Assembly (NCBI GenBank): GCA_963803435.1
Contig: CAWDML010000009.1
Location: forward strand, 1,696,001 to 1,760,000
From: an uncultured delta proteobacterium
GTDB taxonomy: Bacteria > Myxococcota > Kuafuiibacteriia > Kuafuiibacteriales > Kuafuiibacteriaceae
Length of the DNA: 64,000 bases
Direction of reading: 5' to 3'
Under the pieces are notes generated by a model. The model was given only the letters and a program-made list of their open reading frames with translations, was not told where the DNA came from and made no database searches. Shown here piece after piece: positions 62,384-64,000 of the stretch (the first letter of the stretch is position 1; each line of letters opens with the position of its first letter). Both the position numbers and the translations under genes were made by a program.

Positions 62384-62910
62384 AGACGACACTCTGCTCC
62401 ATGACGTTCGCGATCCTGGCCGCCTCCTGCGGGGGCGGCGACATGCTCCAGTGCGGCGGCAGCGGCAGCGGCGGCGACAGCCTCGACGGCAGCTACTGCG
62501 AGGACGTGACGATCAGCTTCACCGAGGCCGAGGTGCGCCGCCAGAACACCACCGGCGAGGACTACTACGTCTTCGTCCGCTACGTGGACGGCAACGCCAA
62601 CACGGTCGAGCCCCGCAAGGTGCTCGATATCCTGATCCCCTCCTCCGCCGTGGTGATCGAGCCGAACACGCAGATCCTGATCAGCCAGATCCCCGGCGCC
62701 ACGGTGCGAAGGTTCCCCTCGGCCGAGGAGGGCAGCGTGCAGGCGATCGATCTGACCCCCGAGCTCAAGGACACCAGCCAGGTCACCTTCACCGAGTTCA
62801 CCGGTGAGATCGGCTCCAGCGCCAAGGGTGAGTTCGGCTTCCTGTTCGAGAGCGGCCGGACGCTGATGGGCACGTTCGAGAGCCCGATCATCGAGAACAC
62901 GCCCGAGTGA
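62380..62910 (+). CDS. hypothetical lipoprotein
   Basis: AASC lipobox; ATGA overlap. Confidence 0.7.
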   Translation: MKTTLCSMTFAILAASCGGGDMLQCGGSGSGGDSLDGSYCEDVTISFTEAEVRRQNTTGEDYYVFVRYVDGNANTVEPRKVLDILIPSSAVVIEPNTQILISQIPGATVRRFPSAEEGSVQAIDLTPELKDTSQVTFTEFTGEIGSSAKGEFGFLFESGRTLMGTFESPIIENTPE

Positions 62911-62929
62911 GCTCGTCTCAGAGCTCGAG

Positions 62930-63409
62930 CTATTGCTTCTTCCCCTCGGCGGTATCGATGTCGACCTTGATGATGTACTCGGCGACGGCGTCGCTGAAGA
63001 CCTCGATCAGATGGTCGCCTTCGAGGAAGACCTGCTGCGACTGCGAGAACACCTTGTCGTTGCCGGCCTCGCGGAAGATGTCGCGGCCCTCCGACAGGTA
63101 CTGGTAGGTGTCGAAGCACCCGGGCTCGTGCCAGAGGATCTCGGTGTCGATGCCGGTGGCGAGCTCCGACTTGAAGAAGATATTCACGGTGATGAGCGCC
63201 TCCTCCGGCGCCGGCACGATGAACTGGCGTGAGCCCGGGAACTGGCCCTCGAGGTAGCGGCCGGTGCCCATCGTGCACCCGGCGGTGGTCTGGCAGATCG
63301 GAAACGTCCCGTCGCAGCGATCGCGGGAGAGACCGCCCTTGAAGTTGCCCTCGGCCCCGAGACCGAAGTTGCAGCCCGACAACAGGAGCACCAGCCACCA
63401 GCGCTTCAC
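62930..63409 (-). CDS. hypothetical lipoprotein
   Basis: LLSGC lipobox; GTGA overlap with upstream gene. Confidence 0.72.
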   Translation of the reverse strand: MKRWWLVLLLSGCNFGLGAEGNFKGGLSRDRCDGTFPICQTTAGCTMGTGRYLEGQFPGSRQFIVPAPEEALITVNIFFKSELATGIDTEILWHEPGCFDTYQYLSEGRDIFREAGNDKVFSQSQQVFLEGDHLIEVFSDAVAEYIIKVDIDTAEGKKQ

Positions 63410-64000
63410 TCGGCGACCCCGTTCTTCAGCGTGCCACGCACCTCCGCGATCGACTCGATCTCGAGGAAGGTGCGATCGTCGAGGGTCACGGAGCGATAAC
63501 GATGCCGCGACACGATCAGCGTGAAGGTATCGGCTTGCGAGGCCAGAAGGAAGACCGCGACCGAGGCCGGCAGCGTTTGACAGCCGTCGTCGGGCATCAC
63601 GCAGACGACGTCGCCGCCGGACTCGACGCCCATGGTCTGATCCGGATCGATGGCGATGACCACGAAGTCGCCGTTGCCCTTGTTCCAGGCGACATTGAGG
63701 TCGCCCAGCTCCACCAGGGTGGTGCCGTCGAGCGGCGGATCGGAGATCGCGAGCGGATCGGGCGCCGTGACCATCTCGTCGAAGGCCGGGAAGCTGTCGC
63801 CCTCACCCACCACCTCGAGCGAGCCGGCCCCCAGGATCGGATCGCCGGCGTCGAGGTAGAGCCCCGAGTCCACCTCCGAGGCGCGCACGGTACCTCGGGC
63901 GGTACCGCGGACCTCGAGCGACGACAGCGCGAGCGGGACCAGCCCGGTGGCCGGCTGGCCGCGCGAGATCCGGCCCAGGCACTCATCGGAGAGCGCCATG
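63406..64000 (-). CDS. hypothetical exported protein, 5'-truncated
   Basis: LDAG, L.VAW.KG.GD.V.I, V.C...DDG motifs; frame runs to the window edge. Confidence 0.65.
   Translation of the reverse strand, partial: MALSDECLGRISRGQPATGLVPLALSSLEVRGTARGTVRASEVDSGLYLDAGDPILGAGSLEVVGEGDSFPAFDEMVTAPDPLAISDPPLDGTTLVELGDLNVAWNKGNGDFVVIAIDPDQTMGVESGGDVVCVMPDDGCQTLPASVAVFLLASQADTFTLIVSRHRYRSVTLDDRTFLEIESIAEVRGTLKNGVAE

Noticed and set aside
1-64000. rRNA, tRNA, CRISPR, transposase, integrase or prophage
   Set aside because: No such motifs recognised by eye; a covariance or HMM scan would be needed to exclude small elements

Overview
High-GC bacterial chromosome segment, most likely from a Myxococcota organism (MYXO-CTERM-type tail, Glt/AgmX-type genes, DUF1592/DUF1552 pair, many Cys-rich lipoproteins). 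The left third holds an SBP + histidine kinase module, a peptide-ligase cluster (circularly permuted ATP-grasp, alpha-E, Ntn-hydrolase/transglutaminase fusion, transglutaminase-DUF2126), gyrA, a glutamine synthetase-family gene, xseAB-ispA-tlyA and a structured intergenic RNA candidate. From about 27 kb onward it is almost entirely a cell-envelope island: vWA, FG-GAP, thrombospondin type-3, PEGA and TPR proteins, an ECF sigma module and an iron/B12-type ABC pair. The best system candidate is at 45-64 kb. An Mts-like thrombospondin/vWA adhesin operon (sigma54-type promoter, twin palindromic enhancer-like sites, internal cUUCGg terminator) is divergently paired with a motor-less Glt/Nfs-paralogue envelope complex (GltF, G, A, B, C and an apparent GltD-GltE fusion). 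Four single-base insertions (about 3890, 6310, 22585, 59520) look like assembly errors and create or break ORFs. Many operon-leading genes have a -10 hexamer 6-8 nt before the start codon, suggesting leaderless mRNAs. No rRNA, tRNA, CRISPR or mobile element was seen. All family calls come from motif recognition by eye; no searches were run.
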